From the NCBI GenBank assembly GCA_001724245.1, contig MEDX01000016.1, positions 1-64,000 on the forward strand: a stretch of 64,000 nt of DNA, in the 5' to 3' direction. How positions within the stretch are numbered: position 1 is the first letter of the stretch; every line of letters begins with the position of its first letter. This stretch comes from Fonticula-like sp. SCN 57-25 (Eukaryota). Both the position numbers and the translations under genes were made by a program. This document shows, piece after piece, positions 35,831 to 47,700 of this stretch. The notes under the pieces are model-generated. The model was not told the origin of the DNA. It made no database searches and worked only from the letters and a program-made list of their open reading frames with translations.

Positions 35831-36383
35831 TTAGGTCTTTTGAAGACGCTTGAAGCGCGACTCTGTGTGGCTGTGAGCGGCAAAGTCGGCGGCAAAGAAA
35901 AGGCGTACCGAGCTGTTTCGAGTATTCGTCAAGCCGGCGGGTGGCCTCCTCTAGTTGTGCAATGTTCTCGTCGACCTTGTCGATTTGCTCAAGGTAGGGC
36001 GCGAACGAGGTGTCTAGGGAATCGTCAGCGCGATGGTAACAAAAAGATTATTCGTACATTTCTCCTGAAGCGACGCCATCAGCACATTAAGGTGCTCCGT
36101 CAGCTGCGACATGTCGCCGTAATTCGTCTTTGCAAGCTTGTTCATGTGCTGCAGGAGGAGGTAATCCTCCTTGGCCACTATTGTTGACGAAAACAGTCAG
36201 TGATCACGCAAAAGCGGAAGCTCATGAGCACGAACCTCCGAGCTCCGCCTCCATGTACGCAGAGATCTTGCCAAACATGACATCTGCCTGCTGCACGAGC
36301 TGCTCCCGCTGCGCCTCTAGCGTCGGGGCGGCCGCTTCCGGGGCCGCCGCCGCGGCGCTGCGCGCATCCGGCTGCTTCTCCAT
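35831..36383 (-). CDS. BLOC1S2: BLOC-1 subunit 2, 3 introns (missed by the ORF track)
   Basis: Spliced MFGKISAYMEAEL...EDYLLLQHMNK...YGDM...LQEKYTSFAPYLEQIDKVDENIAQLEEATRRLDEYSKQLESRFKRLQKT. Confidence 0.9.
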
Positions 36384-36463
36384 GGTCAAGGGTGAAATCA
36401 GGGGCTGAATCTGGCCCTGTTCTCCGTTACGTGCTACACATTCTTTGTTGTTGTGGGACGACG

Positions 36464-37978
36464 ATGGCGAGCAAGTACTACCTTGCCGCGTACGACTACG
36501 AGGCGACTACCGCGACGAACCTCAGTCTTCGCGCGGGCGAGACTGTTCTTGTTCATGAGATTGGCGAGCAGGGATGGTGGAACGGCCAGACCGGGAGTGG
36601 CGCGGGTTGGTTCCCCGAATCGTACGTCGTTCCCAATGACGATCCCTTGGCGCTCGGATGGGTGCCGCTCACCGACGACCACGGCCGCACCTACTACCTA
36701 AACTCTGTGTCGAATGAGACTTCGTGGGACCGCCCGACGCTGCAGGCGGACGCCGCGCAGGCGGACAACGATGTCCCGCCGCCTCCCCCGCCGCCGGCCG
36801 CTGAGCCGGCCGCTGTCGGGTCTGACCTCGGCGATGCCGAGGTGGAGTCGTCGGCATCGGGGACGGTCGCGGGCGGCAAGTCGGCTGCGGTGACAATTGA
36901 GGAGAAGGGCCGCGTGTACGCTGTCGACCCGACTGGAAAGGTGACGTACGCGGACAATTTCTGGGGCGATTTGCCGAACGGCCAGAGCGGATTCGATCTG
37001 CTCGTGCTCAAGCATCGCAACGGAAAGGAGGTGTTCAAGGACATTGCCGAGTGGATGCGCGAGCGCGCTTCCATTGAGGACCGCTACGCCAAGGACCTCA
37101 GCCGCCTGGCAAAGTTCCCCCTCGCCGACTTTGAGCAAGGGTACGCGATTGCGCTAGTCTATTAGCTTGGCTGACACACCGTGCAGCACGATGAAGACGG
37201 CCTGGCATCAGATCAAGTTTGATGTTGAGAACCAGAGCCGCGCTCACGGCCGTCTTGCGACGAGCCTCACCGAGCAGGTCGAGCGCCAGCTGATGGCGTA
37301 CAAGGACGAGGCCAAGAAGAAGCGCAAGGACGTACGTTTCTTTTAGGTCGCATGAGTGGCCGCGCTGACCCGCTTTCCAGTTTGAGCAAATCATTGCCAA
37401 GGACCGCAAGCTGATGGCGTCGCGCGAGTCGGAAGTCGACAAGGCGCGCCGCCGCTACGTTGATGCCATGAAGACGGCGGACGCCTCTGAGCTGACCGCC
37501 CAGCGCGCGATGAACGACGTGAACAAGGCGCTGTACGTGAAGCTTGACGGTACCGCCAAGACGGACCGCAAGCGCGCGACGCAGACCGGTATCGACTACA
37601 AGAAGGCCGTGGACGACTACAACGAGGCGCGCAGGCAGTGGGAGGACGACATGAGCCTCGCGTCGCTCGACTTTCAGGAGGCCGAGTTTGACCGCCTCGA
37701 GTACCTCAAGAAGACGCTGCAAACCTACATTGAGAGCGACAAGGAGGTCCGCGAGCAGTTGAACCAGGTACGCCGGCGCCTTTCCCGGTCCTGGTAGTTT
37801 GCTAACCATGCTTTTGAAACTGCAGTCGGGCGAGATGGTGCTCAGCAGCGTGCAGGCCGTCAACGCCGACATTGACATTGAGCTCTTTGTGAGGTCGAAA
37901 GCGACCGGAACGCAGAAGCCGCCGGGTATTTCGTTCAAGGCGTACAATCCAAACCCCAAGGCGCAGCAGCAGCACTGA
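36464..37978 (+). CDS. GAS7: SH3-WW-F-BAR protein, GAS7-like, 3 introns
   Basis: SH3 (AAYDY...GWW...GWFPESYV), WW (GW...GRTYYLN...TSWDRP) and F-BAR (YADNFWG...GFDLL...RERASIEDRYAKDL). Domain order matches GAS7. Confidence 0.87.
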
Positions 37979-38170
37979 AAACAACACTGTTTCATTTCAT
38001 CATATACTCTTTATTCTGTCTTTATCATTATATTTACGCTATTCTTCTTTGTATCTTGATCGCTGGTATCATAGGTAGCTGACAAATGAAGAGCGGTTCT
38101 CTGTAGTCACATATATAAAACTATACTCTACCGGCAAATACACGTGTAGATAATTGGCCGCCACGGTGCC

Positions 38171-39457
38171 TTAGTGGGGAAGGGGGCACACCAAAACGCC
38201 GTCACCAAAGACACTGCCAACGACCATCTTGTCGCGGCCCACGGCAACGACCGACGAGGCGGCGAGGTCGACCTTGCCTGAGCCGTGCGACTTGAAGATG
38301 TCGGTCACCTTGGCGTCGCCGAGCGGGTTGCTCACGCGGATTCCCTGCGACGGCGCTGCAACACAACGCTTAGCCGGGGCAAAGTAGATGGATATTACGT
38401 ACACGGGCGGGAGGCGTCAAAGGCGTGTGCCAAAAAGGTGCCGCCGTCGGGGTGCGAGCCAATGTAGACGTCGTTGGTCGCGGGGTCCACCGAAAGGTTG
38501 TCGATGCACGAGGGAATGTGAATCGCCTTTTCGAGTTCAAGGTCGCCGTCCTTTCCGACCTTGTAGACGCTCAGCGCGCGGCCGACGGTCTCGGCGACAA
38601 TGAGCTGGCGCAGAGTCAGCTAAGCAGCGCAAGGAAAAAGGGCGTACGTGCTTGTTGTCGTTGTACGACAAGAGGCCGTTGGGGTAGTTGAGGTTGGGCA
38701 CCACCGTCTTGGCGCCCGTGGCGGGGCTCCAGTAGAGGACCGATCCCCAAGCCTGGCCGAGCGCCTGCTCGAGGAGCTTGGCCAGCTGCTGCACACTGCC
38801 GGCATCGTTGGAGATGTAAAAGCTGAATGCTGGTTAATTAACGCGAAATGGGCCAGAGCAAGCGCACCTGTCGGGTCCAACAGCCTCAACGTCGTTGGGC
38901 GAGTTCATGAGCGGGTCGGTCACGGACCGGACATGGGTGAGCGTCAAAGCGTCAAGGTCGACATCAAAGATGTCAATGATGTTTGTAAGGTCGGGCCAGA
39001 TAAGGTCAAGAAAGTTGCCGCGCAGCTTGCGGAGGTGGTTGACAACAAAGAGGCGGCGAGCGTTCGTTGCGGGGTCGGTCCACAGGGAGATGCCGTGCGG
39101 GTAAAACGAGTTGTGGGGATATCCGACGAGGGTAAACAGGCGAGGGGTCGCGTTGTCGTCGGCGAGGGACAGCGCGTAGATGCCGACATTCTTGAAATTG
39201 GGCGCCTGGCCGTGGTCAGGAAGATAGTCGGGGCGGCGCGCGTCCGACGAAATGATGGCGGTCTGAGTGGCTTGATCAATTTGAACGTCCTCGGCGCCAA
39301 GCATGCCGCGGACGGCGCGGCATCCCTCAAGCCCAAACGGCTTAAAGTCCAAATCACCGCTCGCAGCAGCAACATTGCTACGAGTAACAGCAACAAAGAT
39401 GGCGATGGCGCCCGCTAGCACGGCGCCCAGGCCCAGCAGCTTGCGCTTGAAGCCCAT
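38171..39457 (-). CDS. Paraoxonase/arylesterase family six-bladed propeller, 3 introns
   Basis: N-terminal anchor, GAEDV, FYPHGIS, LFVVNH, SPNDVEAVGP, YPNGL, DNLSVDPATNDVYIGSHP and VGSVF. Confidence 0.9.
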
Positions 39458-39960
39458 CTCTCCAAGCCCCTGCACCCTTGTTTTTTTGGTGACACGGCAA
39501 GTGTTCCAGACCGACCAAGACCGACCTAAAACATACCCAAACCGACCCAAACCGACCAGGAATGGCGCCGCAGCAGCGAGTGCAACATTATCGAGGCGGG
39601 GAAACTACGTCTTTTCACAAGGGAACTTTAAAGACACCTCGAATTTGCATTGCGGATAATTTATCGGTGAGAACAGCGGAAAGTTACTGTGGATATCATA
39701 TAACATATATTAATACTGATGCGGCGACCAATCGGCCACCGGTTCCAACGGGGGAGAGGTGATAAGGGGGGGGGGTTGTACTGGCGGCAAAAAGCAAAAT
39801 AGCAGCAAAAATAAACAACAAAATTCCAACACCGCATAAAAGCACCGGCATTCGGAAAGGAACGCGTGATATAAAGCTATAATCGCATTAATAGGCAAAA
39901 CTTATGTAAAAACTTGCTAGTAAAAACGTAATGCAACCATATCTTCTCTTTCTCTCTCTC

Positions 39961-41592
39961 CTAGAAGTCGTCCTCCGACTCCTGCTTCTCGAGGTCAACG
40001 CCCGAGAACACAGAAATATCGGGGACAGCATCCTTGAACATTGCGCGGTGCGCGTGCGCCTCGGCGGCGAGCCCGGCGACGGCGGCGAACTCGGGGCTGT
40101 TGCGGAAGCGCGGGAAGGGGTCGAGCATCATGAGCTTGAAAATGTCCTCCTCGGCAACGGCAAAGATGCGCTCGACCTGGGCGTAGGTTACCGTGTCGCC
40201 GAGGCGCTTGGCGTTGTCAATGGCGTTCGTTACGCTGGCCGCCAGCTCGGACGAGACGTTGAGCTCGAGCGGCGAGTCATTGGCAAAGTAGAGCGAGTAC
40301 ATCTTTTGCGCCCTAAAAAGATGGCGTCGTTAGCACTGCGCTGCTGGCCGGTGGGGCAAACGCACTGATCAACGAGGTCGACGGGCTTGGCCGTCTGGTT
40401 CTCCGCCGACTCGCGGTACTGGACAGCCTGCTGCCAGAACAGGAGGTTCTCGATGGCGAACTCGCGCGAGAGGAACTGGAAGAACGCGCGGAAGAACTCG
40501 GGCACCTGGAGCATGCGGCCAAGGTCGATCTGCTCCTCCATGATGGCGCTGTTGGTCGTCTTCATGCGGATGTCGTTCTTGTTTTCGCGGTACTGCGAGC
40601 GGGAAAGAGGGGTTAGGAGGCGGGGATCAGCGAGCACAAGCGCGCGCACGGAAAGCGTCGTCGTGTGGTTGATACCGATGATGAACGAGCAGAAGATGCC
40701 AAAGGCGACCGGCAGCAGCTGGATCGGCATCACCATGTTGTTGAACATGGCGAACGCGGGGATAAAGGTGATGAGGAACACGAGCAGCAGGTTCAGGATA
40801 AACACGACGCCGACCATGCGGAACTCGTTCTTGAGGTTAAAGTTATCCGCGTCGAGGCGGGCAAACTTGAACGAAAAGTACACGAACACGATGCCCTGGA
40901 TGCCGACCTCAAAGAGGGTGATCAGGTAGTGGACCAGCAGGATGCAGCCGCGCGGCGCGTAGGGGCTGCTCGCCGGCAGCGCAATCGGGATAGCGATGGA
41001 GGTGGGAATGATGATGAAGAGCATGAACGAGATCGTCGTAAAGATGAGCACGTCGCGAGGCTTCCGCGACGAGAGCCAGCCGGCCAGCGAGCCCATCGTC
41101 TTCAGGCGCAGCCGTTAGTGTCAAATACGAGCCGGAACGATAAGCGAACCTCAGGCTCGGGAATCGACTCGTCCATGTCGGTCGTCAGGTTGTTGGAGAG
41201 GGCAACACGACGCTTGTTGAACGTGCGGTGGTGCTCAATGTACAGCAGCCAGAGGCGGTAGAGGTACAGGTGGCCAAACACTTGGATCTGCTAGGGTGTC
41301 AGTCGATCCCCAAGGAGCTACCAAATTTGCGCACCGCAAGACGCTGAAGGGGAATGTGCAGGAAGCAGGGGATGTAGTCGAAAAAGATGAAGCGGAGGCA
41401 GAGCAGCACATGCCAGACGATGACGAGGATACCAAAGAGCAGCACGGCGAAAGGGTGGCGCCCGCGGATCGGGTGAATGTGCCTCCGCTTCCAGAACAGG
41501 ATCAGGGACGGGATGTACACGACGAGGGCCACGAGCATCACCAGGCCGGCCAGCGGCGTGATGCCCATGGTGAAGGGCGGATTCAGACCCAT
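39961..41592 (-). CDS. Seven-transmembrane RGS protein, 4 introns
   Basis: Seven hydrophobic segments, then an RGS box: FFQFLSREFAIENLLFW, YFANDSPLELNVS and IFKLMMLDPFPRFRNSPEF. Confidence 0.88.
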
Positions 41593-42017
41593 CTTTCCCT
41601 TTTGTTTGAAAAGAGAAGAGCGCTCTGGAAGGAGAAAAAATCTAGCTGAGCTGGCGCGCTGCTTGACAAAAAGATCATCAGTATACTGCGACGACCGCGC
41701 TGATAGCCGGAAAAATTGCCGCGCACCTACTTTGCCGGTTGTTTGCAGCCTGTTTCCCACCCACAATAACAACGCGTGGCCCGCCGCGGCGCTGCTGGTA
41801 TGCGGAGGAGAGTGACCACCGTTTTGGTTTTGACGAACCAATGGCCTTTTCTTTCGCCCATGTGGTCTAATTCCTGACCAAGGGCTGGGCTAAAGATCGA
41901 TCATATGTTGCGCATTCCGCAATAAACATTGCGTTGCGGGGCAACTTACGATGAGATAAAACAAACATTCCTAGATGGCGACGACGCCAACGACCACCGA
42001 CGGAGCCTTGGCGCTCG

Positions 42018-42058
42018 TGACGTCATCAACAGAGCGTGACGTCAACATAGTGACGTCA
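42018..42058. promoter_or_regulatory. Three tandem palindromic CRE sites
   Basis: TGACGTCA at 42018-42025, 42037-42044 and 42051-42058. Confidence 0.6.
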
Positions 42059-42075
42059 ACATCGTGCCTGACACC

Positions 42076-43045
42076 ATGCTCGCGTTGATGCTGCTGCTGC
42101 TGCCCGTGGCCGCGACAGCCGGCCTGGCGCTGCTGGGTAATGCGCGTCTCCAGGCGTTCAGGAGGCGCGCGCCGCGTAACCCGGCGCTGACGATGAAGCT
42201 CAGCGATGGCCGTACGCTGGCGTACGCGACGTACGGCGAGGAGCCGGCAAAGGCGGACAAGGTCGTGTTTTACCTGCACGGTCTCATGGGATCCCGCCTC
42301 GAATTCTCGGGGATGCGGAAGGAGTTTGACGGAAGGTACACGCGTCTTTTGTTGTGACAACGTGCTCATGAATGCTTGCAGGAGCGTCTCGTTTGTGACT
42401 ATTGATCGCCCCGGCTATGGCCTGTCGACGATGCAGCCCGGCCGGACGTACCTTGGCTTCGCCGACGATGTGCTGGCGCTCGCCGACCACCTCCAAGTCA
42501 AGCGCTTCTACATGACCGGGTGGTCGAGCGGCGGCTGCTACGCGCTTGCGTGTGCCGCCAAGATCCCCAGCAGCCGCCTGGCGGGCGTCCTTACGATCGC
42601 CTCTGATCCGCCGTGGGGAAGCGTCCCGCCACAGATGCGCGTGTCAATCCAGCGCGTCGCCTTTTTCGGGTACACTTCTCTGCGCTCTTTTCTCCCCGCT
42701 ATCCTCGGCCTTTTGCTCCGCCTGCTCGTTGCGTTTGGTGGCGCGCCCAAGCTCCAGGAGCGGATCATGGAGGCCAACCGTCAGACGATCCGCGCCACCG
42801 TCCAGGAGATGATCATCGAGCGCAACCCGTGGGACTTCAAGCTCGAGGACATCAAGATCCCCGTGTACATCTGGCACGGTACAACGGACGTCATGGTGCC
42901 TGTCGCGTCTGCCGACTACCTCGCTGAGCGCATCCCCGGCTCGACCAAGCGCATCCTCGAGGGGAAGGGGCACATGATCGTGTCGTCCCACTGGGCCGAG
43001 ATGGTCAATTTCCTTCTGGACCAGCCGGAGAAGAGCAAGTTGTAA
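42076..43045 (+). CDS. Alpha/beta hydrolase fold protein, 1 intron, C-terminal SKL
   Basis: LSDGRTLAYATYG, YLHGLMGSR, IDRPGYGLS, GWSSGG nucleophile elbow, WHGTTDVMVP and GKGH. Confidence 0.9.
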
Positions 43046-43113
43046 CCGCAATTTTGAGATAACAAAACATGTATTGGTAAATATAAAATGCATAAAACAA
43101 AGGGATACATATG

Positions 43114-44542
43114 CTAGGAGCTGTTGCTTGTTCTCCTCGCCGAGTGCGAGTACGCGCGCTCCTTGCCGTCGACGACAACCGTCCAGTCCACGCACACGTC
43201 GATGAAGCGCGAGTTGTCCTTGCCCTTTGACATTGTCAGCTTGCCGCGCACGACGTCGTCCTGCGACAGCTCGGTCGACATTTCCTTTGGGATCCGGACG
43301 ACCACCTGCCGCCAGTGCGTCAGCCTGTCGCGAGGGTTAGCGGTGCGGGTATGGCCACAGGAGTGCGCACTGGAGGTATGGCGACGTGCTGAGGATGACG
43401 CTGCCAGCCTCGTCGGGGAACTGCACGTCGAACCAGATGATGAACCCGTGCAGCGCCGCGCGCATCATGCCGGTGAGCTCGAATTCGCCGCCGATGGCCT
43501 TGAGGTCGTCGTGCGTGACGGTCGCCAGGTCGATATTCGCAATGGTCGCCTCGGTCGTGAGCACCTGCTCAGGCATGACGCTCGCGACCTCGCATTCGGC
43601 GGCGATCGTCGCGACCGCCGGCGCGGCAAGGCTAGCCATGTTGACGCCGTACATGTAGTGAACGTCCTCGCGCCAGAACTGGTCCGCCGACTGGAGAATG
43701 TCGCTGCTGTCCTCCTGCGTGAAGCCGGCCACAATAAGGCGGGCCTGCGAGGGGAGCATGAGACCGCCAGGTGCAAGGAAGCGATCACGCGCAGACACAA
43801 CGCTGTCCAGCATCGACTCGTACAGGAGGCCGTAGCCCATCCACTCGCTGACAATGGCGTCAACGCGCACATCGCCGTCGCCAAGAGAAACGTCCTCTAC
43901 TCTTCCCTGAATGACGCTTACAGTATCGTCAACCTGGTTTTCCTTGACAAGGCGGGCGGCATGCTGCGCCATGTCGGACGCCTCGACGCAAAATACCTTT
44001 TTGGCACCCGCGCGCGCTGCAAAGATGCTCAGGATCCCGCTGCCTCCACCGACATCAAGCACCGTCTTGTTGTCGATCCACTGCGACTCGCCCAGACCGA
44101 TAAACGCGTCGCCGTAAGCGTACGTCCGACGCTCATCGCGCAGCATCTCTTCGTGCACGCGCAGGTCCTCGTAGCTCTTAAAGTAGCTTGGGTCCTCCCA
44201 GGCGCTCGCGCTGCACTCGGCCTTCCACAGCTGATCCAGCAGCACAGTATCGTCGCTTTTCACGCTGCGCGCCCGCGGCACGGCGAGCCAGGGGGCAATC
44301 TCCGACGCCCCCGCCGGCTTGTAAATCATAACAAGGTCGGTGTACGCCGCCCCCAACCGCTCAACAACATCGGCACTCGAAGCGGCCAGCGCAAACGCCA
44401 GGCCGCGCTCAACCGACGAAATAAAGTCCGCCTCCTTTGCGGCACACTTTTCGCACGCAATGGCAGCGCCGCGCGAGTCCGTTGCCTCGCCACCGGCGCC
44501 GCCGCACCAAGGGCACTCGCGGCGCGCCTTCTTCCGATCCAT
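43114..44542 (-). CDS. Type I protein arginine N-methyltransferase, 1 intron
   Basis: YFKSY...HEEMLRDERRT, VLDVGGGSGILS, VEAS, double-E loop IVSEWMGYGLLYESML and spliced THW loop LTHWRQ. Confidence 0.92.
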
Positions 44543-44718
44543 CCACGTGGACAAGTGCTCTGTGCCTGACGATGCGGTGATGGCGGCAAGCAATAACGAC
44601 GCAAATGCGAAAAGTCGGGAAAATGGTGGATTATATAAAGTAAGGAAAACATGTACAGTGCTATTGAAATACCCAAAGGGAAATAAAGATCCCACGGGTT
44701 GATAATGGGATGTGTAGA

Positions 44719-47700
44719 CTAGGCCTCGAAAGTGTTCTCGGTCTCAAGCTGGTTGGGGCCGTCGGGAAGGAGGCTGATGCGCGACTGGTTCTCCTGCTTG
44801 AGCTTGGTGACCATAGCCTTGGCCTCGGCCAGCCTGCTTGACCTAAAGTTGTCGCTGATGTTCATCTGCGTCACGAGGCGCGGCGGCGTGTTGGTGCGCG
44901 GCCGCAGCGGCGAGTCGAGCGACTCGGCCGATGACAGTGCGTCGTCGCTGCCGTCGGCGAGCTGCGTCACAGAGATGGAAAGCTTCATCATGTCGGGCGT
45001 CACGCGGCGGCGCTTGGTGCCATTTGCAGAGTTTGACACAAGCGCAAGATCCAGCTTGGACACATTGGCGACGCCGACGACGGCCGCCGAGCTCGTGCGG
45101 CGGCGCTCATTAAACACCTCTGAAGAGTGCTCGATAAGGCGCTGAACGAGCGGCGCACGCGTCTCTACAACCGCCGCAATGTCCGCGCGGCCCTCGTTGT
45201 CGCCGCCGAGGGAATCCGCCGCGCTCGGCATCAGGAGAGGCGTAAAGATCGTGTCGAGCGTGCCAATCAAAACACCGCTGCGAGGCGTATTAACAGCGCT
45301 AAAAAGACAGAGAGTCAGAAAGGAAGGAAAAAAGCGCATCAAACGCACCGCTTCCAGTGCTCGACAAGGAACTTTAGAAGCGTGTACGGGAACGAGTCGA
45401 GCGATTCGATGGCTCCGGCGAGAAGGCGCCCGATATCGGCCGGGTGCTCCCAGTCTGCGAGACACGTAAGCAACAAAAGTCACAGCAAGAACAAGGACGC
45501 ACTGCACGCCTGCACGACGCGGCTCTGAAGGCCCGTCGGGATGATGGGCGCAGGGAGCGCCTCAATAAGGCGCTGCAGGAGCCCAGTCAGCACCGCGTGG
45601 TCGCACGTGATAAGCTCAGAGCGGTTGCAGATCTCTTCGCTGGCAGCGGGCACCTTGGCATCTGCAAAAAAACATTAGCATCAATGCAAGCAGACGAGGG
45701 AAACATACCAATTTGGGCCATGAGGCGGCGATGGGCCGACGAGCGGCGCGACTCGATGGCATACAGGTGGGTATTGGAAAGGCCTATCATTTTGTCAGCC
45801 ACACGCGCATACAAGCACTCTTTTTCGCACCCTTTTCCTCGATGGCCGAGATGAGGGTGACAAACTTGCGGCCTTCCATGGTCTCGCGAAGGATCGTCTC
45901 GTCGCTCTTGGCCTGCGGCGTCGAGTTGGAGTCGGCCACCGTGTGACGGCGAATCAGCGAGTTGGCCGCCTCGAGGCGGCGCGTGCCAGACGGGGTGCTC
46001 GAGGCGTACACCGAAACGGCGCGGCGCACAGAGCTCGGCGTCCCGCGCGACTCAATCATGCTCTAAACTGGGATTAGCATGTGACGTATCCAAGGAAAGT
46101 TAAACGTACGCGGAAGAGATCGCCGCGCGACGAGCTGCGACTCGGCGTCATGGTGCCGCCGGTCAAACGCGAGGCCAATTTGGACTACAAAGAAAGGTCA
46201 GACTCACAATATGTAAAGCATAAAGAATGCGCGTACGCGGCTGATTTGGAGAATGTAGGGCAGCAGCATCGATGTGATGCGGCCACCGTACAGGTTGTCG
46301 GGGTACGTCTGGAGGCGGCACACCTCAACGGCCATCACTTCATGTCCAGCAAGCACTAGCACAAGCAAAAGTCAGCCATCCATTAACACACACATACAAA
46401 AGACGTACACTTGGCCATGAGAAGGGCGCCAAACTCGGACGTGCTGCACGCCTCAAAGTCACCAAAGAGCGAGCCGCCAAAGACAGGCACATTGTCGCGC
46501 GTGCGCAGGCAGCACCGGAAGCCGGTGGGCGTGATCTGCACCAGGGCGACCAGGTAATAGTTCTTCAGGCGAGGCGGGATGGCCAGCTTGCTCGGGTCGG
46601 CACCCGCAAAGACGATGGCAGACATGCGCGTGTCGGGCAGGCAAAGCTCAGTCTTGGACATCTTGCTGACGCGGTGCACGTTAATATTGATGCGGCGGCC
46701 ATTGTCCTCGCGGGCGACAGACGCGTCGGTGCGCTTGCGCTGGAAGTACGCACCGCGCAGCTTCTCCATAAAGTCAGCGGCAACGTCGCCGCCGAGGATA
46801 AAAGTGCGACGGCGGCCGTTCTTCTCGCCAGAGCCGTCAAACTTGCCCTTGGCGTCCATAAAGTCAACCGTGAGCAGGATCTGTCCAAGGGGCAGGCTCA
46901 GTGACGAAAACTCAATCTGCTGCAGGTCGGTGAGGTGCTTCTTTTCATACGCCTTCTTGTTGGACGCGAGCTTGCGCTTGGTGGCGCTGACCTTTTTGGC
47001 AAACATCAAGTGGTCGTTGAAGAGGAAAAGAGCGCCGCCGTTGCGCACGCTCTGCGAGCACTCGTCCACCTCGTTCACCTCAAACTTGCCGAGGAAGGTG
47101 CGGGACGCGCTCACGAGCCAGTTCGGGACATCCGACACAGAGTTGAACACCTCAAAGAGCAGCGCGCGCGAATCGGCGGCCGCCTGCTCCACATTAATGA
47201 ACGACGCAATCTTGGTCATCTCGGTGTACGCCTCAAGGAGCATAGCATAGCTCGAGTGCGACGGGTGCATGTTGGAAAGCATGTCGCGGACGAGAATGAC
47301 GTAGCGCGGCAGGCGCTGCACGGGCTCGATCAGCAGGTCCGTCAGGTTCTTGCGGAACGAGTCGGGGCGCATGCGGATGCTGTCGAGCATGGCGGCGAAC
47401 ACGCGGCCCGACCGGCGCGTGTGGATGGTCTCTGTCGCCGTCTGGTAGTAGCTGACAAAGACCTTGTAGTGGTGAAAGTTGCGAATGTGCTTTACGAGCA
47501 CCGCCTCGACCGTCTGCGGCGCAGCCTGCGCCTCCTTGGCCTTGGCCGCCGCGCGGCCCGACTTGACAACAGTCGTCTGAGGAGCAGGGGCGGGCGCCGG
47601 CGCCATAACCGCCTGAAGCTCAGCGAGGAACGCCTTGTTCACTTCATAGATTTTGGGAAGGCCGCAAAACATGTTCTGCGCCTCGGGGAGCGAAATCGCC

